Source: Macrostomum lignano
Taxonomy: Eukaryota
NCBI GenBank assembly: GCA_002269645.1
Contig: NIVC01001265.1
Location: 1-64,000 of the forward strand
Reading direction: 5' to 3'
Length of the DNA: 64,000 nucleotides
Shown: one piece after another, positions 41,302 to 56,900 of the stretch
How positions within the stretch are numbered: the stretch's first letter is position 1
Layout of the letters: each line of letters opens with the position of its first letter
The notes under the pieces: generated by a model
Seen by the model: only the letters and a program-made list of their open reading frames with translations
What the model was told of the DNA's origin: nothing
Databases searched by the model: none
Translations under genes and position numbers: made by a program

Positions 41302-41559
41302 ATGCAGCGGCTGCTAATCTGTTTGGTTCTGGCAGCTGGCGGCCAGCTGGCGGCCCCAGCCGGAGCGGTCACCCTGCGAGAGGCCACTCTCGATGAAGAC
41401 GCATTGAAGCGGTTCGTGCACTACGATACTGCGGAGTTTAATCAGTGGTTTCACCTGGCCATTGCCTTGCCAGTGATGTACAGCATCCTGTTCTGCATCT
41501 GGGCCACGGTCACCTGCGTTATGAAAGTCACCGGCAGGAGCCGAAAGACCCGAGACTAG
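41302..41559 (+). CDS. 85-aa small single-pass membrane protein (signal peptide, short ectodomain, TM helix, basic tail)
   Basis: MQRLLICLVLAAGGQLAAPAGA-VTLREATLDEDALKRFVHYDTAEFNQWFH-LAIALPVMYSILFCIWATVTCVM-KVTGRSRKTRD*. GC-rich codons. A pyrimidine tract plus CAG acceptor lies just upstream of the ATG. Confidence 0.7.
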   Translation: MQRLLICLVLAAGGQLAAPAGAVTLREATLDEDALKRFVHYDTAEFNQWFHLAIALPVMYSILFCIWATVTCVMKVTGRSRKTRD

Positions 41560-41699
41560 ATATAACATTCGAGACCAGATTTTCGGAATGCGTTGGTAAT
41601 TCGTTTGAAAGATATAAGATTGGGAAAGATAATATCGGATTACACTAACTTGGATGATGTAACTATGTATATGCACCTTTTCAGGGGCCTACTTTATCG

Positions 41700-42290
41700 C
41701 TATATTATCTACTTCATCGCTACAGGATCTACTTCATCGCTATAGGATCTAAATCATCACTATAGGATCTACTTCATCGCTATAGGATCTACTTCATCGC
41801 TATAGGAACTACTTTATCGCTATAGGATCTAAACCATCACTATAGAATCTACTTCACCGTTACTAGGATCTACTTCATCGCTATAGAAACATTTCATCGC
41901 TATAGGATCTACTTCATCGCTATAGGATCTAAATCATCACTATAGGATCTACTTCATCGCTATAGGATCTACTTCATCGCTATAGAAACATTTCATCGCT
42001 ATAGGATCTACTTCATCGCTATAGGATCTACTTCATCGCTATAGAAACATTTCATCGCTACAGGATCTACTTCATCGCTATAGGATCTAAATCATCACTA
42101 TAGGATCTACTTCATCGCTATAGGATCTACTTCATCGCAATAGAAACATTTCATCGCTATAGGATCTAAATAATAGCTACAGGATCTGCTTCATCACTAT
42201 ATGATCTACTTCATCGCTATAGGATCTACTTCACCGTTACTAGGATCTACTTCATCGATATAGGATCTGCTTTATCGCTATAGGACTATA
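41700..42290. repeat. 20-bp minisatellite (GGATCTACTTCATCGCTATA)
   Basis: About 29 units. Confidence 0.93.
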
Positions 42291-43029
42291 GGACTACTGA
42301 ATAACAATTGATCTGCTTTCTAAATTAAGTTCTAAATCGTTCTGGAATTTATTGCAAACTATCTGTTTTCGATGACGGTATAGCGTAATTAATTGGCACT
42401 TGGTATTCTTTGGATTACGTCATTGAAGGATTAACAAACTTAACTTTACAGTTAGCTATCGTAGCAAGGCCTACTGATTTACGAGTATTAATAAAATAAT
42501 TAAATAACTCCGCAAATTGCTTATAGCTCTGAAGTTTTGGTCCAAATAAAAACTAATATCATGCGTTCACACGTCCAGCTTTTACGCTCGCAATATAATA
42601 GTAATAGTAATTATGAATACGCACTGCATTATGTGTACTTTAGGTTAAATGTTACCCACTAATTAGCTCTGACTACTTCTTATTAGTATTCTACCGATTT
42701 ATAAAACAAAACTGCCCAGTTGCTTTATTCTTGTAATTGTAATATAAATAAATCAGAACAGTACCAGTTATTTCGACCAGTGCTCAAATATTTACTCATC
42801 CAATTTTTTGTTGGATTTCATTGCTTTAGACAACACGTAAAACCATTGCATTTTGTCTGCTGGATTTGCATTGGGGAATGCAAGATAAGAGAGGCAATCG
42901 ATTTGAAGATAGGTTCTACACATAAATAAGCATTCTACGGGGATGTCTTATTCCCAATCCAACTCATTTAAGTGCCGATTCGAATAAACCGTACAACAGT
43001 TGGTGAAAGCTTCATAATAAATTACTGAA

Positions 43030-43612
43030 TAGGTTAGCGACGAGTTGGTGAATGGGTTAGCGATGAGTTGGTGAATGGGTTAGCGACGAGTTGGTGAATG
43101 GGTTAGCGATGAGTTGGTGAATGGGTTATCGATGAGTTGGTGAATAGGTTATCGATGATTTGGTGAATAAGTTAGCGATGAGTTGGTGAATGGGTTAGCG
43201 ATGAGTTGGTGAATGGGTTAGCGATGATTTGGTGAATAGGTTAGCGATGAATTGGTGAATGGGTTAGCGATGATTTGGTGAATAGGTTAGCGATGATTTG
43301 GTGAATAGGTTAGCGATGATTTGGTGAATGGGTTAGCGATGATTTGGTGAATGGGTTAGCGATGAGTTGGTGAATGGGTTAGCGATGAGTTGGTGAATGG
43401 GTTAGCGATGAGTTGGTGAATAGGTTAGTGATGAGTTGGTGAATGGGTTGGCGATGAGTTGGTGAATGGGTTAGCGATGAGTTGGTGAATAGGTTAGTGA
43501 TGAGTTGGTGAATGGGTTGGCGATGAGTTGGTGAATGGGTTAGTGATGAGTTGGTGAATGTGTTAGTGATGAGTTGGTGAATGGGTTGGCGATGAGTTGG
43601 TGAATGGTTGAT
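43030..43612. repeat. 23-bp minisatellite (GAGTTGGTGAATGGGTTAGCGAT)
   Basis: About 25 units. Confidence 0.95.
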
Positions 43613-43658
43613 GATCAATTGCTGAGTAGCTGTTGAATATCTGGCAGGTGCACAATTC

Positions 43659-48052
<4,394 letters not shown>

Positions 48053-49614
48053 ACTTCATTTAATTATTAGCACTATGTGTACTTTCTGCTGGATCAGCTC
48101 TGCGACAGAAGTTCAGATGAGATTTTGAAAAGAGTCTCACGGATATGCTCACTCTAAAAGCTAGAGTATTTATATTTTAAGTTGCCTCAGTCTCATTGGC
48201 TGCGCAATCAAAAACCTCTGCCAGTCGTTTCAGTAGTACGTGTAGGGTTTTTAGTCTTTATTTAGTATTAGTTAGTATGAAAAATTAAACTTCTAGCTGA
48301 ATAAAAACAAATAACAGGAAATTAATATCTCTGTCGATCCTTATTTAAAATTTAACTTTAACTTCTTGAATGAAAGAGTGTAAATCTTCAATCGATGTTC
48401 CCTTTCGGTCGTTAAATTTTATTCGGTACTTTTCTCCACTTTTTCACGGACGTTAGTAGCTAGCTGTACGTCAATGGACAATAAACTGAACAAATGATGA
48501 ACAGGTTTTTAATATCTTCCTAAATATGTAATATCGAATACCTACTACTGATATCTTTCTAAGGTACGACAAATTATCGAAATAATCTATTATAAATTCA
48601 AAATTCAATAATACTAATCCGTTGTTTAGGCCATAGACATAATTATTTGGCGGCTCAAGCTTAGTAAAGCAATTGCTGCCGTGAAAGAATCTTGTGTCCA
48701 TGTCGTTATTGTACCCTTTTGTCTATGGTTTTCAGTAGTAAGCCTTTCGGCAACAAAGGCTTACTGCTGTTTGCCGGCTGTTTTATATTGTTGCCAGAAA
48801 ATTACGAAAAATGACAACGACACCCGGCGGTTGACGGACGGGGATTCCAGGCGCCGTTGAATGGCCGCACGGAAACAAATGAGAGACTTCGGCGCGTAGT
48901 ATGTTCCACCCTGCTCTCGAAGAGACGAATAGAAAAGCCTCAGATAATCGTTCAGGAATCGATCCGGTAAACACGCTCAAATTCTGCCAGAGAGCCCCTT
49001 CTTATTCGTAGAGAATCATATAGCTCCTTTTTCTATTGGTATTTCGAATGCCGAATACCAAATACCAAATACCAAATACCAGACAGAATAGACTAGAAAT
49101 CTGGAAACAATCATATTTCATTACAAAAGGGTACAATACGGCTTGTGTTGTTGTAGTGACTTACACTCAACAATATTAAAAAGTCGCCATCTTTGAGACT
49201 GCCCAGTAAATTCTAGCTCAGTGTTGACTTTTGTGTGCGTACATTGGTGCATAGTGTGCGTGTACATACGATGAGAGAGAGTCAGGGCAGCTGTACCCTG
49301 CGTGTGTGCCTGTGTACGTTTGATACGTGTGCGTATCAGAGGAAGGTCTCGCGCGCATCCTTTCTTCTCTCTCTTTTCTCTCTGACACCCTTCCAAGCTT
49401 ATCTAGTGTACATTGATTGACAAGCATTTCGCGGGATGCGTGCTATTGTTCATATTTGCGTGTTATATTGTCCATAGACAAAAGCATTAGTTTAAGGAGT
49501 TAATTAGATGGCCAAATTATAAACAGCAACTAATTATAGCATGAACATGAGGGGGAAATGTCTAATGCCATAGTCTCTCTCTCTCGAAGAATTAGTCTTT
49601 TTGATAGATACGCC

Positions 49615-49740
49615 TTACTCAAACACAATGTTAATCAAATTGTTGTTGCCGTCAATGCTAACACGCATCTTCTTGGTCGGACAGGCCTCGATATGAACTG
49701 GCCGAGGAACCGGCTCGTCAATTGATAGTGGGGGTGGCAT
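49615..49740 (-). CDS. Candidate 41-aa micro-ORF MPPPLSIDEPVPRPVHIEACPTKKMRVSIDGNNNLINIVFE
   Basis: Translated by hand from ATG to TAA. It is below the 60-aa track cut-off, non-repetitive, and higher in GC than its flanks. It could instead be a terminal exon or a chance ORF. Confidence 0.4.
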   Translation of the reverse strand: MPPPLSIDEPVPRPVHIEACPTKKMRVSIDGNNNLINIVFE

Positions 49741-49944
49741 TGCAACTGGTGATCGTCATCACTTGCGAGCAGACAGTAGAAGAACTGATAGAGCCGCTCG
49801 CATTAGCAAGGAAAGACGCCTCGCGCCCGGTCCCGGCGCCTGGTTAAATACCTTTTGACCGTCTTCGCACACTCTAGTGACTCTGTGGGGGGAATTAAAG
49901 GTAATTAATTTTATGTGAACTAGTTCCCAGTGAGCTCCGCGAAA

Positions 49945-49993
49945 CCCACAAACCCAAGGACACGCGCGAAGCGCGTGTCCTTGGGTTTGTGGG
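49945..49993. other. Perfect 23-bp-arm inverted repeat with a GAA loop (GCGAAGC core)
   Basis: CCCACAAACCCAAGGACACGCGC-GAA-GCGCGTGTCCTTGGGTTTGTGGG. Confidence 0.95.
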
Positions 49994-52225
49994 GTGAGCG
50001 GAGCGAACGCGCGAGGCACAAAGTGCCGAGCATGAGGAACAAACAGCTGGTCTGGCTTGTGACGAATATAATAATATGAGACGTGTGCATCGAAAAAATG
50101 ACAAGAAAAATCTCACAAAAACTGCTGTAACTTCAAAACTACAAGTGCGAATTTCACAAGTGAGGTGTCATTTTAAAGAGAAGAATCTGATCTATTTAAC
50201 GAGTATAGTTTTGTATGGATTCACTGCGGAGAAAAGGAACAGGCTTCAGTTGAAATGTTTGTCTTAAGATTATGTCTTTACAAAAGTGCATTTCCTCATG
50301 CACATTAAAACTCGAGCTAAAAATGTTCGAGGGTTATAGGTGCACCTTACTAAGATGCATAACATTATTGGGTTGTTTTTTTCAATTGTATCAAAAAGTT
50401 GGCACTTTGGTTGCAAAAAATGCAAAAATTGAAAATGTACTTTTACAGTTTTTTGCATTTTTTTCTATACTGCTAATAGTTAAGCATACATACTATGCAC
50501 CAATTGATGCGCAATTCAAAGATACACAAGTGTGGAAGTTTTCAATTCTTAAACATTTGAAATCAGAAAGTTATCGACGAAAGACTAAAAATCATGATCT
50601 CAAACTGATTTGAGGAAAAGTGCTCATTATAATTTTTGGAATATGGAAGAAACAATTCAACGCCGTCATCTAATTCCAAACTAACTGTACTTTAAGGTAC
50701 TGCGATGATTTTTTTATTGAAAGAGCGAAACCTGTTTAAATATTTGAAAAAATGGAAAAAAAGTACCTTTTTTCATAGAAATACACTCTTTTGACTGCTT
50801 AATCCGATTTCCAACAACAAAATAGTTGCTTTCCTGCTGGTGCAAACCGTTATTAGGGTGAATTTTCAAAATTGCATACTGTGCCAAAAGTAAACTGAAG
50901 CTTAATATTTATAAACATTAGAAACGGGACCACTAATGGGTATTTTACTTTGGTTACTTACTATGGACTAAACTGGCACTGGCAGAGACAGATTTGAGAG
51001 AAACTAATTGCTCCATTGTATTTGTATTTGGCTCCAGCGTTACAAATTACAATAGCTATTTCGGGGTCTAACCGGCTAAGTTAGAAAAAGCTAGATACCA
51101 ATCACCAGTTTCATCATCAGCTATACCTACCACGATTTTATAGTCACATGCAACAGTAATACCCTCCTTTAAAAGTTTTCAATATCTAAAATGATGTGTT
51201 AAATTTTATAAAATTTCATAAACAGTGAAATTTTAGCTGTTTACGTGCTGGTGGTTTGAACGTAGCTACTTTGTGCGAAAATACACTGTCATTAATACCG
51301 TACCTATTATTGTATTTATTGTATTGAAAGTTGATGTGTAAATTGTACTTTTCTATTTTTTTGTCATTCGTTATCGCACTCGGGCCGGCCTGCCTGCCTT
51401 GTGGGGTGTGGTGGCCTTGGCCACTTTCTCCCCCTTCTGCTAGGATCCAAAGCAAGCTTTCAAGTGTACATTTAATATTATCGATCGATTATTTAAAACA
51501 AGCCTCTAGTGGCTGGTGTTGAGAGTGAGTGGCCTTGAGTGTACGCGAAAGCAAGAGGAAGCCCATGGGCGGACTATATGAACCTTCCTTTAGTGGAAAG
51601 TTGGGCCTTGTGCATTGGATAGTGTACGCTACACAAGACAGAAGGTAAAGAAAAAGAGAACGACAGGCTAGCCAATAGCGATAGCATGTGCTTCTTTCTC
51701 TCCAGTCCACTATGGTAGGGGGGGAGGGGGGTGTCAGACGGCCCAACTCTAACCCCCATACCCAAAACAGCGTACATGTAGAATAAGAAGGGATTGGGTC
51801 CAGATAAGTCTTCCCAAATGTACATGTATGTACAAAGACAAACACAGACAAGAAAAATGGCTCTAAAAACCATTGTTATTGTTACACTGTGTGTCTATTT
51901 TTATTAACTTGACTTTGACTTGTCTTTACTCTAGCATGGTCAAGGATAATTACTGTTACTTCATACCTAATTTACAATTAATTGCATAAGATTAAGAAGG
52001 AATAATACAATCGAGGTCGAACCCATTATCACTTGACCCACCCACCCATGATCACTTCTGATTCTGACCTACATGTATCTACTATATCCTGCCAGTTTCT
52101 CCAGTTTTATGGGTCTTGGTGTCGGTGATTCGAGCAATTCCATTACATTTTATCGGTGCAGTGCGTCTATTAATGCTTAGCTACTTGTATATGTGTTGCA
52201 GAACTTATGCTCGTAGTTTCCCTTC

Positions 52226-53009
52226 TAGGGATGTTGACCCCGGGAGTGCTCCCCGGGGAGCTTGTCGGGGAATACTCTCCGGGGAATTTAACCGGGGACC
52301 CTGGGGAGAAAAAATATGAAAAAATGCATTTGTAACTTAATTTTTGCCATTAAAATAAGAAACTGATTCACAGAAAGCTGATTGAAACTCTGTCTATGCT
52401 CTTTTACCGCATAATTGCTTATTTCAATGCATTACATGTATTTGAAACACAACACACGTTTGATTGTTTTTTCACTAATAAGTCATTCAATCAAGCAAAT
52501 TGCACGTAGAAAAGAAACCCGTCAGGAAAAAGAAGCCTTACTGACTAGTGACTGCTGTGTTGGTCTGCGTTGACGGCTTGACGCAGGCGCAGCGCTGCGT
52601 CATGCGTCAGGCACTGACGCATAGGGGGGTGTCATACATATACTCCCTATTAGACAAGGACAAAATGGTGATTTACATATATATGCAAGAAATAAAATTC
52701 CGATTATAAAAACAGTCTCATTCATTAATTATCCTCTCACGAGCGTAGCTGTTTAGCATGCATTCCAACAAATGCACTTTTCCGATAAAGGTGCGCGCAC
52801 GATTTCGTGATGCCACATTGTCAAATACAGTTTAAAAAAACATTGTTTAAAATTTTTACCCCTGCGCCTTGAACATGTAGTACAAAGCTTAAATCAAAGT
52901 TTAAAAAATTCCACTTACAATTTAAGTGATCCGCCGTTTTTACTTATTTTTTCTTTTCACCGGGGTCCCCGATAAGATAATTAATTCCCTGGGGAATCGA
53001 CATCCCTAA
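52226..53009. mobile_element. hAT-like MITE, ~780 bp
   Basis: Terminal inverted repeats TAGGGATGTTGA / TCGACATCCCTA (11 of 12 match). An 8-bp direct repeat TTCCCTTC lies at 52218-52225 and 53010-53017, offset by 1 nt on the right. Subterminal CCGGGG repeats are present at both ends. No transposase ORF. Confidence 0.75.
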
Positions 53010-53953
53010 TTCCCTTCCTATAAATCATTTGACGTTAGAGACATTTTACAACTCTCGCCCTACTTTATCTATTAGGCTAACTTTATGTATGACACGACGC
53101 AAAATATTAGGAGCATCAGCGTTAATAATGCCTTGAAAGTCTTTAAATAATCGATACAACACTAGGTATTATAAAATTCCAACCCCAAAGCTCACTGGGG
53201 CGAAAAGACTTTGTCTTCATTAACTAGTTAGAACTATTGATACACTATATAACGGAAAACGAAATTTACTTACCTAATACAGTGATTAGTTTAAGAACTT
53301 GCTTAGACCGGCTTTCGCGCTCAGATTCTTCATAAATTCTTGAAGGAATCGATATCTTCGAGCGGTATTTATAAAAACTAACAATTAAACACGCTAAATT
53401 GCAAACACGGTGAGATGAAAACAAAACGAACAGACAGAGGGGCGCAGGGCCTAAACGGGGTATATTTATTCGAATAAACAAGAAAGGGTGCAAGATGGGG
53501 TGGAGTGCGCGACTGAGGAAAGAGGCGAGAACTGAGAGCCAATCAGAAGGCAGCGAGGGAGAGAGATAAAAAATAACAAAATTGAACTAGACAGACTCTA
53601 GCTCGTACTGAGACTGCGTGTTATTGTCTTTCTAGATCACAAACAATGTGGAAACACAGTTAATGGTATAAATTGTAAAACACGCGAGCGCCTACCGGCG
53701 CAATGGTATCAAAGCAACTATACCATTGTTAATATATCGACGCTTTGATGCCTAAAACTTTTCAACCCTTCAAACTTTCTACCCTCTGATGTACTTTAAC
53801 ATTAGCATACACCTGATGGCCTGGCAATGTGTTTACGCCTAAAAAAGTCGATCATTTGATGCTAAACAATTTCCACTTTCTTGAAGAGTTACACTCTTTC
53901 TACCTAAGAATTCGGCTGAATATACTCGTAAAAAATCAAAGCAAGTCTTTAAA

Positions 53954-56900
53954 TCAAAGCGGCGTGATAGTTCTGCTGCCCAGAGCCAGTTTGGTAATAA
54001 TGAAGACTGCGGCGCCCACCAGGCCTACGCTAACAATTGGCACAACAACTACCACGGCAATGAAGGCTGGGTCCGAACCGTCAGGACCGATCGGTGGCCG
54101 GGTTTCCGTCGAAGACTCTGTCTCCGTTGAAGACTCAGTTGAGCTCGCTGTCGCTGTTGATAGGCCGGTTGTTACCGTTGCCTCCGCGGTTGTTGTGCTC
54201 GAAGTTGTTACCACTGTTGTTGCTGTTGAGGATGATGTTGACTCTGTTGATTGGGTCGATTTAGTTGTAGTTGTAGTTACCGTTGATCTAGCTGTAGTTT
54301 CCGTGGATGTAGTCGTAGTTCCCGTCAGTTCCGCAGTGCTTTCCGTTTTATCTGGCGTTGTTTCCGTTGCCCTGTCCGTCAATCCGCTTGTCGATTCTGT
54401 TGACCCTGGTTCGGCACTCGTCGTCAATTTTGTCGCCGCATCAGTCGAAGAAGTTTCGGTACCCGGTTTCTCAGTTGTTCCACCTGCTGTTGTTGCAGTT
54501 GTTGCTTCCAACGTAGTTTCCGCCGTCGTTTCCATCGTAGTTTCCATCGTAGTTTCCATCGTAGTTCCCGGTGTCGTTTCCGGAGGGGGGAATCGTTTGC
54601 CTACGTTGGGCAGCACCCGATCCCAGAAGTTGCACTCCCGGTCCATAAAAATGTCGGTCGCTAGCTGCTGCTGCTCAGCTCGCATCACCAAGCTGACTGG
54701 CGCATCCGGCTTGTAGCGAGGCCAGCCTGTCGGCGGCCAGCTTGGCACTCCCGAGCTGGCAAAGTTCGCCAGGCTTCGAATTAGCACCCGAGACAGATTA
54801 GCTCGCTCCGGCGACTGCGCCTCCGCGGAGGCCGTCGGGAAGCCAAACGCATAAGACGCGTCGTGAACTAAAATTTTGCATTTTAATAGGGCTAAAGTAT
54901 ATATAAAAAATTCAAACCGGTCGCATTACGATAGTGTCATAAAAAATCGTGTTAAAAGAGGGGTGCAGTGTCGTGAGAATGCATCTCGAAAAGGATGGCT
55001 GTACCCTTGAGTCCTTGAGTGATGTCAAAGATCAAAGAGAGTTATAGTACCGTGTGAGATTGTGTCAAAAAGAGTGATGCAGAACTGCTAGAGCATGTTG
55101 AAGAGATTGACAGGCTTGACGCAAGCATGAGCTGTGATAGAGACCGGTTCATGTGGATCCAGACTCACACAAGGTCGCCTCTGGTAGCGATGTGCCAATC
55201 GAACGGAATGGCTCCTCAAATCGGAATTTGTACACGGCTCTGCTGTTTTCAGCGGACACTGCGCCCAAAAACAGCTGATTGCTGCAGGTGAACATTCGAT
55301 TGCTGATGGCATTGGCCAGAGCACGCTCGTCTCGAGTGTAGTTGTCTCGGCTGAAGTAATCCGTAAAGTGCAACACTAGCGCCGTCTTGATGTCACTCCG
55401 TGGTTCAGTTGGGAATCTAGGGAAGTGCGCTATGACCTCAAGAAGTTCCTGCGGGCGCGAGTAAGCAGAAATTCCTTGGCAACTTTGTTTAATCAGTCAG
55501 TCAGTCAGTCAGTCAGTCAGTCAGTCAGTCAGTCAGTCAGTCAGTCAGTCAGTCAGTCAGTCAGTCAGTCAGTCAGTCAGTCAGTCAGTCAGTCAGTCAG
55601 TCAGTCAGTCAGTCAGTCAGTCAGTCAGTCAGTCAGTCAGTCAGTCAGTCAGTCAGTCACCTTCAGAAACTCAGCATGTGTGAAGTTCTCGCCGATCCGC
55701 ATGCGCTGAACTAGAATGTTCCCAGGCCCGTCAACGCCGCCAACCAGCAGAGGCACGGAGGCCAGGTCGGCCCCGCCCATGGCAAGCGGGTCGGACCGAA
55801 TGAAATCGCCATCGATGACTGGCGGAAACTCGATCCCGGTGTACAGCCGGTTGAAGTCGCGCTGTCTCTCGTTGATGAAAGTGGCATTAAGCGCTCTGAG
55901 CCCGGCTAGGCAGGCCGGTATGTCGTCTGAGCCGCAGTTGAGCACGTTCTGAGCAAACACTCGGTTGATGAGCCGGACGCTGGCCGTATCGTTGGACACT
56001 GGGTAGGGCATGTACGGCGACCCGGTGAGCAGCACGGCTCGTTGGAACAGCACCGGCGACCGCGCCAAGTGGTAGCCAATCGACGCCGCTCCCGCCTCCA
56101 CCCCCATCAGCGTGACTTTAGTCCGACTGCCGCCGAATTTTTCAATGTTGTACCTGATCCACTTTAACGCCTCTTCCTGATCGCGCAGGCCGAAATTCCC
56201 CGACACCGTGCTGTTGTCCAGCGACAGGAAGCCGAAGGCGCCAATGCGGTAAGCGACGGTCACCAGTAGCAGCTTGGCACTGTCCAGCACTCGATGCCCG
56301 CGCCAATCCGAGACGGCGCCGAACTGAAAGAAGCCACCGTGCAGGAAGACAATGACGGGAAGATCATCCTCCGACAGGTCGCTGTGCACCGGAGTCCAGA
56401 TGTTCAGGTAGAGGCAGTCCTCAGACATGCTCGACACGAACTCGTCCCGCTGCATGCACGGCGGAGGCATGCTTAGCGCCAGGATGCGATTGTCTTGAAG
56501 AATTTCCATGGGGGGAAGTGAAACTGCGTTAGGATTCGGCCTCTACTGATGTAGGTTGTTTGTAAAGTTGTTTTTTTTGCAAAAAACCGCCGAGTTTGAT
56601 AAATTAGATTTTTTCGCTTAGTAAAGTCGACATGCATTTGCTAACGAGTCGTTTAAAATAGTGAAATATTTTTATAAAGATTTACGAAATGTTCTGCGAG
56701 CAAATTTTTTTATTTTTTTAATCCGGACGTAGAACGCTGTCCGTTGCATCTGATCCTACGAGATCCTTTTTATGCCCACCCTACATGCATGTCTCGTGTC
56801 CCTTCCATATCTCCCAATATCCCGTCCATGTCTTTACAATGTTCCTTCCATGTCTGTAAATTGTCCCTTCCATGTCTTCTTCTATGTCTTTGCAATGTTC

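Noticed and set aside
48471-48701. 76-aa AT-rich ORF (MDTRFFHGSNCF...)
   Set aside because: No recognisable motif, and its composition is unlike the other exons. Cannot be supported without a search.
53829-54716. 295-aa Val-rich plus-strand ORF
   Set aside because: Antisense shadow of the Thr/Ser mucin stalk exon.
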